This document shows positions 18,760 through 26,163 of a stretch of 64,000 nucleotides of DNA, piece after piece. The stretch lies in assembly GCA_014800605.1 (NCBI GenBank), contig JAAVFS010000122.1, forward strand, positions 373 to 64,372. The letters run 5' to 3'. Positions within the stretch are counted from its first letter, which is position 1. Every line of letters starts with the position of its first letter. The DNA is from Bacteroidales bacterium. Its GTDB lineage: Bacteria; Bacteroidota; Bacteroidia; Bacteroidales; Muribaculaceae. Both the position numbers and the translations under genes were made by a program. Below the pieces are notes generated by a model. It searched no databases and was not told where the DNA came from. It saw nothing but the letters and a program-made list of their open reading frames with translations.

Positions 18760-18882
18760 GATTGGAAGATATGATATAATTAGTTTACGCTTGGTGGTGC
18801 TAAGTTACTAAATTTTTTTCAGATGCTAAATTTTTATTTTTGTTGTCGCTGTGTTTTGAAATCGGGGAGGGTGAAAAGTAGT

Positions 18883-18916
18883 GACGCCCTGCGACACGGA
18901 GGTGTCGCAGGGCGTC
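18883..18916 (-). terminator. Rho-independent terminator of rpsO
   Basis: 14-bp perfect stem GACGCCCTGCGACA/TGTCGCAGGGCGTC, followed on the minus strand by ACUACUUUUC. Confidence 0.65.
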
Positions 18917-18943
18917 ATGTGGTGTTTCGGAGTATCCGGCTGA

Positions 18944-19219
18944 TTACTTGCGGATACCGAGCTCTTTCTGAGCAATGATAGCGCGGTAGCGGTTGATGTC
19001 CTTCTTGATCAGGTAGTCAAGAAGACGACGACGCTTACCTACGAGTTGCTTAAGAGCGCGAGCTGTTGTATAATCTTTGTGATTTGACTTGAGGTGTTCA
19101 GTCAAATGAGCAATACGGACTGAGAATAATGCTATCTGGGCTTCAGGTGAGCCAGTATCAGTCTTGCCCTTACCGTACTTCTCAAAGATTTCTACTTTTT
19201 CTTCAGAATTCAAGTGCAT
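18944..19219 (-). CDS. rpsO: 30S ribosomal protein S15
   Basis: 91 aa with the characteristic GSPEAQIALFSVRIAHLTEHLKSNHKDY..R.L..LVGKRRRLL.YL. Confidence 0.95.
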   Translation of the reverse strand: MHLNSEEKVEIFEKYGKGKTDTGSPEAQIALFSVRIAHLTEHLKSNHKDYTTARALKQLVGKRRRLLDYLIKKDINRYRAIIAQKELGIRK

Positions 19220-19280
19220 TGTCTTGTGAAGTATTAAGTGTTAATAAATAAAATATATGGTGTTTTGCTTAATTGCGGTG

Positions 19281-19288
19281 CAAAGTTA
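19281..19288 (-). promoter_or_regulatory. Bacteroidota -7 box (TAACTTTG on the minus strand)
   Basis: TAnnTTTG about 62 nt upstream of the rpsO ATG. Confidence 0.45.
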
Positions 19289-19314
19289 CTGAAAAATTCG
19301 TCAAACGCCAAGCG

Positions 19315-19650
19315 TCAGTCCATCGAAATTTTCTCTTTGGAGGGGTTGCGGAAGTGTATTTTGCCCTCGATGTATTCCTGAGTAGCTATGAGAGTGGGCT
19401 TGGGGAGCTTCTCGTAGTAGCGTGAGATTTCGATTTGCTCGCGGTTTTCAGAGATTTCTTCGAGGTTGTCGTTTAGTGATGCGAATTCCTGGAGTTTTTT
19501 CTCGAGGTCGTGTTTCATCTCTTCGGCGATCTGATTGGCTCGTTTAGCTATGATGCACACGGTCTCGTAGACGTTGCCGGTGTCTTTTGAAAGCTCAACC
19601 ATGTCGCGGGTGACGGTGTTGAGTGGAGCGTTGGTCTTCTTGTAATCCAT
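19315..19650 (-). CDS. RNA polymerase omega/Rpb6-like subunit (Bacteroidota type)
   Basis: 111 aa. The segment NVYETVCIIAKRANQI resembles the omega/Rpb6 core, and the position next to bamD is typical of Bacteroidales. Confidence 0.55.
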   Translation of the reverse strand: MDYKKTNAPLNTVTRDMVELSKDTGNVYETVCIIAKRANQIAEEMKHDLEKKLQEFASLNDNLEEISENREQIEISRYYEKLPKPTLIATQEYIEGKIHFRNPSKEKISMD

Positions 19651-19685
19651 TGAGAATTATCTTATATCGAGTTTCGTTTACGTTT

Positions 19686-20516
19686 TTATCTTTCTGCGTT
19701 GTCGGCTACATGGCGCGAAGCGATCTTGAATATGAGGTCGGCCTCCTTGCGATTGGGTCCGTCGGGGAAGTTATTGATGAATGAGTAGTACTCATCGATG
19801 ACGTCGCGATAGCGGTCGGTCTTCTTCTCTTCGACTGAGAGTGAGGCGATCTGATAGCGTGACTTGAGCATCAGCATCTCGAGGTCTTCCTTATACTTGG
19901 AGTAGGGGTACTCCTTGATGGCGTTGCGAGCCACGATTATAGCGCTTTCGTAGTTGTTGCCCAGGTAGGTGCCGAGGTTGTAGTAGAGCTGGGCGTTCTG
20001 GAGCTCCTTGAGTGTCAGCTTGTCCTGTAGCTCGAAGATGGCGTTTTGGGCTATTGATACTCGCTCGGAGCGGGGGAAGTAGTCGATGAATGCCTGCAGC
20101 TCCTCGATGGCGCGGATTGTGCCTGACTGGTCGAGCTGCACATCGGGCGAGTCGAGGTAGTAGCCATAGCCGCTGTAGAAGCGGGCGAGCTCGGCATACT
20201 TGCCGCGGGGGTAGCGTGAATAGTAGGTGCTGAAGTAGGTCGATGCTGTCGGATAGTCCTTGTTCTCATAGTTGGAGAGGCCGAGCAGATAGAGCGATTC
20301 TTCAGCTTTCTCCGAGCCCTTGAATACGTGGATCACCTCTTCGAGAAGTGATGAGGCCTGAGCGTATTTCTTCTCATTGAATGCGCGCTTGGCGTATTCA
20401 TACTTGACGTTGGGGTCGGAGCTTTTCAATACACGCTGATATTCGCCGCACCCGGTCAGGCCGACGAATACCAATGTTATAGCGATAAGTCCTTTAATTC
20501 TATTCTGTAGACGCAT
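19686..20516 (-). CDS. bamD: Outer-membrane protein assembly factor BamD (TPR lipoprotein)
   Basis: Lipobox LTGC and TPR repeats (YEYAKRAFNEKKYAQA...). I prefer ATG 20516 over the TTG at 20522 used by the ORF track. Confidence 0.8.
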   Translation of the reverse strand: MRLQNRIKGLIAITLVFVGLTGCGEYQRVLKSSDPNVKYEYAKRAFNEKKYAQASSLLEEVIHVFKGSEKAEESLYLLGLSNYENKDYPTASTYFSTYYSRYPRGKYAELARFYSGYGYYLDSPDVQLDQSGTIRAIEELQAFIDYFPRSERVSIAQNAIFELQDKLTLKELQNAQLYYNLGTYLGNNYESAIIVARNAIKEYPYSKYKEDLEMLMLKSRYQIASLSVEEKKTDRYRDVIDEYYSFINNFPDGPNRKEADLIFKIASRHVADNAER

Positions 20517-20526
20517 ATTCAAGCTA

Positions 20527-20534
20527 CAAAGTTA
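20527..20534 (-). promoter_or_regulatory. Bacteroidota -7 box (TAACTTTG) only 11 nt from the bamD ATG
   Basis: Exact TAnnTTTG match. It would imply a very short leader. Confidence 0.35.
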
Positions 20535-20615
20535 GTGCTTTTTTTTGCTTGCGTGCCACGCGTATGCGTGAGACTTTATTTATTTAGCAATTATTAACAC
20601 TGCTGACGGACTCGC

Positions 20616-22793
20616 TTAGCGGATTACGACCTTCAGCGAGAGGGGACGCGCGTTGGGAGTCACTGCGGTCAGCACATAGACTCCGGGAGTGGCGCTGGGG
20701 GCTTCGAGGGTGGCTTCGGCTCCTGCGGCAGCGGTCTGAGCTACGAGTGCGCCCTGCATGTTGAAGAGCTTGACGTCAAGGCTTGATGCGCCGGGGACGC
20801 TGACGGCATAGACGCCTTCGGCTGTCTTCTCGACGAAGAGCTGGCTGTCGGCGTCGGCCACGATTCCTTCGATACCTGCATTCTGGCGAGTGAGTACCTC
20901 CTTGATGCCGGCGAGGGCGTCAAGACGTCCGCCTCCCCACTGCTTCTTGGTGAGTCCGGTGGCGTTGGGGTCTACTGCGGTAGTTTTCATGATGTCGATG
21001 ACCTCGGCTACGGTCAGAGTCGGGTCGGCCTGGAGCCAGAGAGCAACGACGCCGGCTGTGTAGGGACAGGCCATCGAGGTGCCCTGCATGGGGCCCCAGT
21101 AGTTGGTGATGGTGCCGGCGGCTTCGGCTGAGGTCTCGCTGTTGCGGACAGATGCGGTCAGTGCCTGAGTGTAGTAGCGGTTGAGTGACGAGATGATGTT
21201 GGCGCCCGGAGCGCAGATGGTGGGGAGATCCACACCCTGATAGCTGGTGCCGAATGATGAGAAGGGGCTGATGGCGTCGACGCGGTAGCCGCTGTAGCGA
21301 CCGTATCCGGCGAATGTACCCCAGGTGATGCGGCTGTTGTATGAGCCGACTGCTACAATGTTGGAGCCGCAGGCCAATCCGCTGATTGTGCCGTCGGTGG
21401 TGCCGTCCTCATAGCCTGCGACGCCGTTGCGGGTGAAGGATGTATAGAGGTTGCCGTAGCCGTAGACCCAGACGCGCTGGCCTTCAGCGCCGGTGATGAT
21501 GAGGGCTACATTCTGACCTGACTGGGCGGTCTGGAATGTACCTGTGATTTCTACATGGTAGCGGTTGTTGAGTCGGTTGACCTCGGAGCGCATTCTGAAC
21601 GAACCCTTGATATATTTTGCAAAAGCTTCCTGTCCGGCTTCGGTACCGGTCGATGACTCGCTCTGACCGGCCTCGGTAGTGGTGGCTACATCTACGAGCT
21701 TGCGACGGGTGGGATCGTACATGGCGATGGTGACGGTGATGGGCTCGGCGCTGTCGGTCCAGATGTCGATGCCTGATGAATTGTTGTTGGCTACGAATGT
21801 CTTGAGCTCTGTGTCGTCAGCGGTAAATTCCTTGCCGATAAACATCTTTTCGTCGCCCTCATTGCCGGCGGCGATGCAGATGATGGCCTGGTCGCCGAGC
21901 TGTGAGATGGCTGACTCGAGTGAGCCGGTGCCGTCGTGCGGGCCGTTGTTGCTGCCCAGCGAGAGGTTGACCACGGCGGGCTTCTGCTCTTTCTGAGCGT
22001 AGGTGATGACGGCGCGAACGCCTTTGAGGATGTTCTCATTGGAGAGTGTGCCACCTGACATGACGATCTCGGAGTTGGTGGCTACACCATAGAAGGGGAT
22101 ATTGCCCTCGACTGTAGTGGCGGTAGTGGCGGTAGCGGTGGCTACGTGGCGGTATTTGCCTTCGCCCTTGTATCCGCCGGCCATGATACCGGCTACATGG
22201 GTGCCGTGAGTTTCTTCCTCATTGTCGGTGGTGAAGCGGCGGATAGCGGCAGCGGTCGTAGCGCTGACTGCTTTGTCATAGTTGTAGGCGGCGCGGACGC
22301 GGCTGTTGCCTTCGGCGTCGGTGAAGTTGATGTGGTTTGGGTCGATACCTGTATCCATCAGGCCGGTGACAACGCCTGTACCGTCGTAGGCTGCTGTTGT
22401 GCCGTTGAATTCAAATCCGGCATGAATGTCGCTCACGCCGCTTGCGGGGCGGGCATAGTCGAGGGTCGGGGTCTGGTAGCCGCCGAAGTCGATGTAGAAG
22501 ACATCCTCGAGGGCTGCAAACTCTTCGATTTTGTCGACGGGGATGTCGACGATAAGTATGGTACCGGTGATTTCCTCGACGATTGAGGCGCCGCATGCCG
22601 CGAAGCCTTCATCGCTCCAGCCTTCGGTCATGGTCACGGTAGCCTCAATGGTGGCCGGGGTCTGCGAGGTGCCTTTTGTCTTTACTTCAGTGTTGATCTG
22701 CTCGAGGACGTCGAGGCCGCTGAAGCTGATCTTGCCCTGGGCTGCAGCTGTCAAGGCTGCGAGGGCAAATGTCGAGATTATTATTTTTTTCAT
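20616..22793 (-). CDS. Secreted S8 (subtilisin-family) serine peptidase with a T9SS C-terminal sorting domain
   Basis: Catalytic triad contexts DTGIDPNH, HGTHVAGIMAG and GTSMACPYTAG. Signal peptide. The C-terminal ~80 aa are CTD-like (..LFNMQGALV...GVYVLTAV...KVVIR). Confidence 0.85.
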   Translation of the reverse strand: MKKIIISTFALAALTAAAQGKISFSGLDVLEQINTEVKTKGTSQTPATIEATVTMTEGWSDEGFAACGASIVEEITGTILIVDIPVDKIEEFAALEDVFYIDFGGYQTPTLDYARPASGVSDIHAGFEFNGTTAAYDGTGVVTGLMDTGIDPNHINFTDAEGNSRVRAAYNYDKAVSATTAAAIRRFTTDNEEETHGTHVAGIMAGGYKGEGKYRHVATATATTATTVEGNIPFYGVATNSEIVMSGGTLSNENILKGVRAVITYAQKEQKPAVVNLSLGSNNGPHDGTGSLESAISQLGDQAIICIAAGNEGDEKMFIGKEFTADDTELKTFVANNNSSGIDIWTDSAEPITVTIAMYDPTRRKLVDVATTTEAGQSESSTGTEAGQEAFAKYIKGSFRMRSEVNRLNNRYHVEITGTFQTAQSGQNVALIITGAEGQRVWVYGYGNLYTSFTRNGVAGYEDGTTDGTISGLACGSNIVAVGSYNSRITWGTFAGYGRYSGYRVDAISPFSSFGTSYQGVDLPTICAPGANIISSLNRYYTQALTASVRNSETSAEAAGTITNYWGPMQGTSMACPYTAGVVALWLQADPTLTVAEVIDIMKTTAVDPNATGLTKKQWGGGRLDALAGIKEVLTRQNAGIEGIVADADSQLFVEKTAEGVYAVSVPGASSLDVKLFNMQGALVAQTAAAGAEATLEAPSATPGVYVLTAVTPNARPLSLKVVIR

Positions 22794-22836
22794 TAGAAAA
22801 GTGTCTTATATCGTTTATTTTTGGTCATATAGCTTG

Positions 22837-22844
22837 CAAAATTA
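22837..22844 (-). promoter_or_regulatory. Bacteroidota -7 box (TAATTTTG on the minus strand)
   Basis: TAnnTTTG about 44 nt upstream of the S8 peptidase ATG. Confidence 0.45.
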
Positions 22845-22985
22845 ATGTTTTTAATCGAAAAACAAAACTGCTTTTGCGTGTTATTGCCTTGATTTCCGTA
22901 AAAATGAAACTATTTAACATATTTTGATGACATTACGATTGGTGAAATGGCTTTCTCTCCGGAGTGTTTCAGAGTGTGGTAGTTG

Positions 22986-23022
22986 TCAGCTGCAATCGGC
23001 GTCCTCTTCGGGACGCCAGGGG
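22986..23022 (+). repeat. Direct repeat copy 1 (contains hairpin GGCGTCC-N6-GGACGCC)
   Basis: About 31/37 identical to 23455-23491 by hand alignment. Confidence 0.7.
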
Positions 23023-23166
23023 GGAGTCTTATCCGCATCCCCGCACGCCGGCACGGATGTGCCTCGGCGTACAGGGTTACTTGTAAATCGATGTCCTGCC
23101 GGACATCACAATGCTGTGATACATCTCACAGGATAGCGTCGGGACGCTACCGGACGCATCTATGCT

Positions 23167-23244
23167 GCTCGCACACGCGCTGCGCGTGCGGCGGGAGGAA
23201 GAAAACATGATCCTGTGGTTTCGGTCTGCGACCTCAACCGCAGG
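23167..23244. repeat. Left arm of the imperfect ~78-nt inverted repeat
   Basis: 23167-23191 is complementary to 23422-23446 at 24/25 positions. 23215-23241 is complementary to 23372-23400 with a 2-nt bulge and a few mismatches. Confidence 0.7.
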
Positions 23245-23367
23245 CTATTATGCTTGCACCCGCCGCGCGGGTGCCGATCCATCGTTGATATGTCAGAGCG
23301 GTCAGCATGATATAATCGCAGCGAATCCCACGGGTGGCCATGCGCGGAGCGTATGGCGGCAGAGTAG

Positions 23368-23446
23368 CGTGGCGGTTGAGGTGGTAGACCGAAACCCCAC
23401 GAAGACGTCTCTATCTCCCTACCGCACGCGCAACGCGTGTGCGAGC
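23368..23446. repeat. Right arm of the imperfect ~78-nt inverted repeat
   Basis: See the left arm. The arms are separated by a ~123-nt core. Confidence 0.7.
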
Positions 23447-23454
23447 AATCAAAA

Positions 23455-23491
23455 TCAGCTACAATCGGTGTCTATTTCGGGACGCCATGGG
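23455..23491 (+). repeat. Direct repeat copy 2 (hairpin GGTGTCT-N6-GGACGCC)
   Basis: Two C>T changes relative to copy 1 keep the stem paired as G-U on the plus strand only. Confidence 0.7.
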
Positions 23492-23594
23492 TAGGGTGCG
23501 CGGTTACGGTAAATCTGCGCACTGACGGTGCGCCCTATTCATTGATAGTATGTAATTCCAGAAAGCTGTATGTCTATATTTGAATAAATAAGGA

Positions 23595-23626
23595 AGCGGC
23601 CCGGACGATGTGTCGTCCGAGCCGCT
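23595..23626 (-). terminator. Rho-independent terminator of the SusC/SusD/lipoprotein operon
   Basis: 13/14-bp GC-rich stem AGCGGCCCGGACGA/TCGTCCGAGCCGCT, followed on the minus strand by UCCUUAUUUAUU. Confidence 0.65.
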
Positions 23627-23647
23627 GTGGTTATAGGCTGATTAGGA

Positions 23648-24595
23648 TTAATCGCGTGTGATGGTGAAGTCTGCCCAGCCTTCGTAGTAGCCTTTGAAGG
23701 AAGAGAGACCTGGGTATTCAAATACACTAAGGAAGAACATTGCTCCGGGGTTCTCAAAGTCGAGAGCGACTACCTTGTTACCCTCCATTGTGGGGATAAG
23801 GGGCTCGTCGTCGCCGAGGGTTGCACCGTTGCGGTCATAGGTTGTAGCCGCGATGAATACACCCTTGAATGAGCCGAAGTTGAGTACTGACCAGCATGCG
23901 GAGGTTCCGGGTACAACTGCGAGTGACATTTCGTCATTGATCTCATCGTAAGAGTAGCTGAGAGTCATGAAGCAGTCAAGGCCGCCGTAGGGGAAGTGGA
24001 GGTAAAGTTCATGGCCATAGTAGGCAGCTTCGTCAGGATCGTTGGTATCGGGAGCTACCATTTCAGCTGCTATGTCGATGAGATTGTCACCATTTTCGAA
24101 TACACTGTAAGCTGTGATGTGCCAGCCGTCGCCGCAGAGTTTGTCGTAGGGATCCTGGTCGTTGTCGCGAAGTTCAACTACGGTAGTCTTGAGGTCGCCG
24201 AGCTGAGCGCCCTCTACCTTGGTGATGGTGAGGTTGAAGTAGCGTGAGTCATTCTCCTCCTTGTTGTCGACAGCGCAGATCTCTACTACGCCTTTTGTTT
24301 CGCCGGCGGGGATGATGATGCGATCAGAGGTTACGATGTAGTTGACATTTTCTACGGCTGTTTCGCCCTCGGTAGTGTTTTCAGAGGTCTCCACATATAC
24401 GATTACGTCGCCATTGGTCTTGCCGGTCACTGCAATGGGTACATTGAAGATTTTGGCATTCTCACGGGTTGAGAAAGTAGCATTCTCCATGTTGACGGCA
24501 ACATCGGCTGCGCTATTGAGCGAGTCATTGTCGTCAGAGCAGGCTGTCATGGCGAGCGCTGCGATGGCTATTGCTGCTAATTTATTTAGTTTCAT
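23648..24595 (-). CDS. Surface lipoprotein with an N-terminal Calx-beta-like domain (SusCD-associated)
   Basis: Lipobox LAMTAC|S. The segment AVENVNYIVTSDRIIIPAGETKGVVEICAVDNKEENDSRYFNLTI resembles a Calx-beta repeat. It is the last gene of the SusCD operon. Confidence 0.6.
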   Translation of the reverse strand: MKLNKLAAIAIAALAMTACSDDNDSLNSAADVAVNMENATFSTRENAKIFNVPIAVTGKTNGDVIVYVETSENTTEGETAVENVNYIVTSDRIIIPAGETKGVVEICAVDNKEENDSRYFNLTITKVEGAQLGDLKTTVVELRDNDQDPYDKLCGDGWHITAYSVFENGDNLIDIAAEMVAPDTNDPDEAAYYGHELYLHFPYGGLDCFMTLSYSYDEINDEMSLAVVPGTSACWSVLNFGSFKGVFIAATTYDRNGATLGDDEPLIPTMEGNKVVALDFENPGAMFFLSVFEYPGLSSFKGYYEGWADFTITRD

Positions 24596-24617
24596 AGTTT
24601 CTTCAGTTTATTCTATA

Positions 24618-26141
24618 TTAATAACCGGGGTTCTGCTGGCCTACGAGCTGAGGATTGGTGGTCATCTCGTAAGAGGGGATGGGCCATACATACTTGTAGC
24701 TGTCGGCAGCGTAGGTGATCAGACCGAGGTTGATGATGTAGCCATCCATGTCGGGAAGGTCGGTGTAGTTAGCCTCGCGTGTGAAGCCCTGCTTCCAACG
24801 ACGGAGGTCGCTGATGCGGAAGCCTTCGCCGCAAAGTTCCTTAGCACGCTCGAGCTTGATCTGCTCCAGGAGGGTAGTGCCGGTGTAGTCAACGGGCTGG
24901 AAGCCTACGATACGTGCGGCGCGGAGCTCGTTGAGGTATTTGTTGGCATCGGCTGTGTTGCTCAGGTTGTAGGCGGCTTCAGCGAGGATGAGATACTGCT
25001 CTGAAGTACGGAAGGGCTTGGGCAGGTTCTTATAGGAGTTCTGGTTGCCGGAGTTGAATGCCGGGTTGCCGGGATACTTCATGAATGCAGCAACTTCGAG
25101 TGAAGCACCGTTGTAGTCAACGAAGAATGTGGTGAAGAATGACTCCAGACGGATATCGTTGGCTGCATAAGCCTGCATGATAGCTGATGTGGGTGAGAAT
25201 TTCACTGACACGGGGTTAGCCTGATTGAAGATAGTGCCGGTAGCGGGTACGGAGCCCATCTGTGAAGAGTTGCCGAAGGGAGCGAAGATCAGCTCAGAGC
25301 CATCGTCGTCGATCCACATGTTGTAGTAGTCGTCGCCGGTAGCGAGGGGGAACTCTTTAGATGCTACTACTGACTTAGCTTTGTCGTAGGCTGTCTGGTA
25401 GTCGGCCATCGAGAGAGCTACACGAGCCTGGAGAGCGGCAACTGCGTAAGAGTTGAGATAGCCGTCATACTTGTTGAGCGAGCCATCTTTAGTCTCGGCA
25501 GCGAGAAGGCCGTCATAGGCTTCGGTGAGGTCCTTGTTGACCTGATCGAATGTAGCCTGGAGGGTGGAGCGGCCGGGGTAGGTGCTACGGTCGCCTGAGG
25601 GGTTGAAGTCGAGCACCACGGGTATACCTGTAGCAGGGTTTGAAGCAGTAGCTGCATTGTAGGTAGCGCAGTAGGTGTTGGCGAGGTTGTAGTAATAGTA
25701 GCCTCTCATGAATTTAGCCTCAGCGATGTAGCGGTTGAGGGTCACGAGCTCATCGGCAGTCAGATCATTTTCTTCGATGAAGGCGGGAACCTTTTCGAGG
25801 AAGTAGTTGAGCTGAACGATTGCGCTGTAGTAGCCTGCCCATACGCCTTCGATGTCGCTGTCGTCAGACTGGATATTGCCGGTAGTCATAGCGAGGTATG
25901 AGTTACCGTTCTGCATAGTGCCGATGAAGAGGTCGGACTGCAGGTCGGGGATTACGGCATAGCCGCCACCGCAACGACTGCGCAGGAAGGAGTAGAGACC
26001 GTCGCGCTCGGCTGTAACTTCAGCTACGGACTGCAGGCCATTGTCGAGTCCGATGGTGTTTTCGGGGGTCTCGTTCATATCACATGATGATAGGAGGGTC
26101 GCACCTAACATCAGGCCGGTGAAATATTTATTTATTTTCAT
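24618..26141 (-). CDS. RagB/SusD-family nutrient-binding outer-membrane lipoprotein
   Basis: Lipobox LLSSC|D. SusD-like TPR-rich architecture and the conserved C-terminal ERAKELCGEGFRISDLRRW..IP..E. It lies immediately downstream of susC. Confidence 0.9.
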   Translation of the reverse strand: MKINKYFTGLMLGATLLSSCDMNETPENTIGLDNGLQSVAEVTAERDGLYSFLRSRCGGGYAVIPDLQSDLFIGTMQNGNSYLAMTTGNIQSDDSDIEGVWAGYYSAIVQLNYFLEKVPAFIEENDLTADELVTLNRYIAEAKFMRGYYYYNLANTYCATYNAATASNPATGIPVVLDFNPSGDRSTYPGRSTLQATFDQVNKDLTEAYDGLLAAETKDGSLNKYDGYLNSYAVAALQARVALSMADYQTAYDKAKSVVASKEFPLATGDDYYNMWIDDDGSELIFAPFGNSSQMGSVPATGTIFNQANPVSVKFSPTSAIMQAYAANDIRLESFFTTFFVDYNGASLEVAAFMKYPGNPAFNSGNQNSYKNLPKPFRTSEQYLILAEAAYNLSNTADANKYLNELRAARIVGFQPVDYTGTTLLEQIKLERAKELCGEGFRISDLRRWKQGFTREANYTDLPDMDGYIINLGLITYAADSYKYVWPIPSYEMTTNPQLVGQQNPGY

Positions 26142-26163
26142 AGTTCTTATTTGCTGTTATAGT

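Larger units (their letters stand above)
22975..23540. other. GC-rich, ORF-free, palindrome-dense element (candidate large structured RNA or DNA-level switch); family not recognised
   Basis: It is embedded in AT-rich intergenic DNA. It contains a direct-repeat hairpin pair, ~78-nt inverted arms including a 24/25 complementary 25-mer, at least five further local hairpins, and a 3' three-segment alternative-pairing motif. Only Arg/Cys-rich nonsense ORFs are present. Confidence 0.5.

Noticed and set aside
23285-23316. E. coli-like promoter TTGATA-N20-TATAAT inside the GC-rich element
   Set aside because: The 20-nt spacer is too long. Bacteroidota primary sigma factors use TTTG/TAnnTTTG rather than -35/-10 hexamers. 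This is probably chance.
22924-23494. Three overlapping plus-strand ORFs (70-110 aa) in the GC-rich intergenic element
   Set aside because: Arg/Cys/His-rich nonsense composition with overlapping frames, coinciding with dense palindromes. They are better explained as non-coding structured DNA or RNA.
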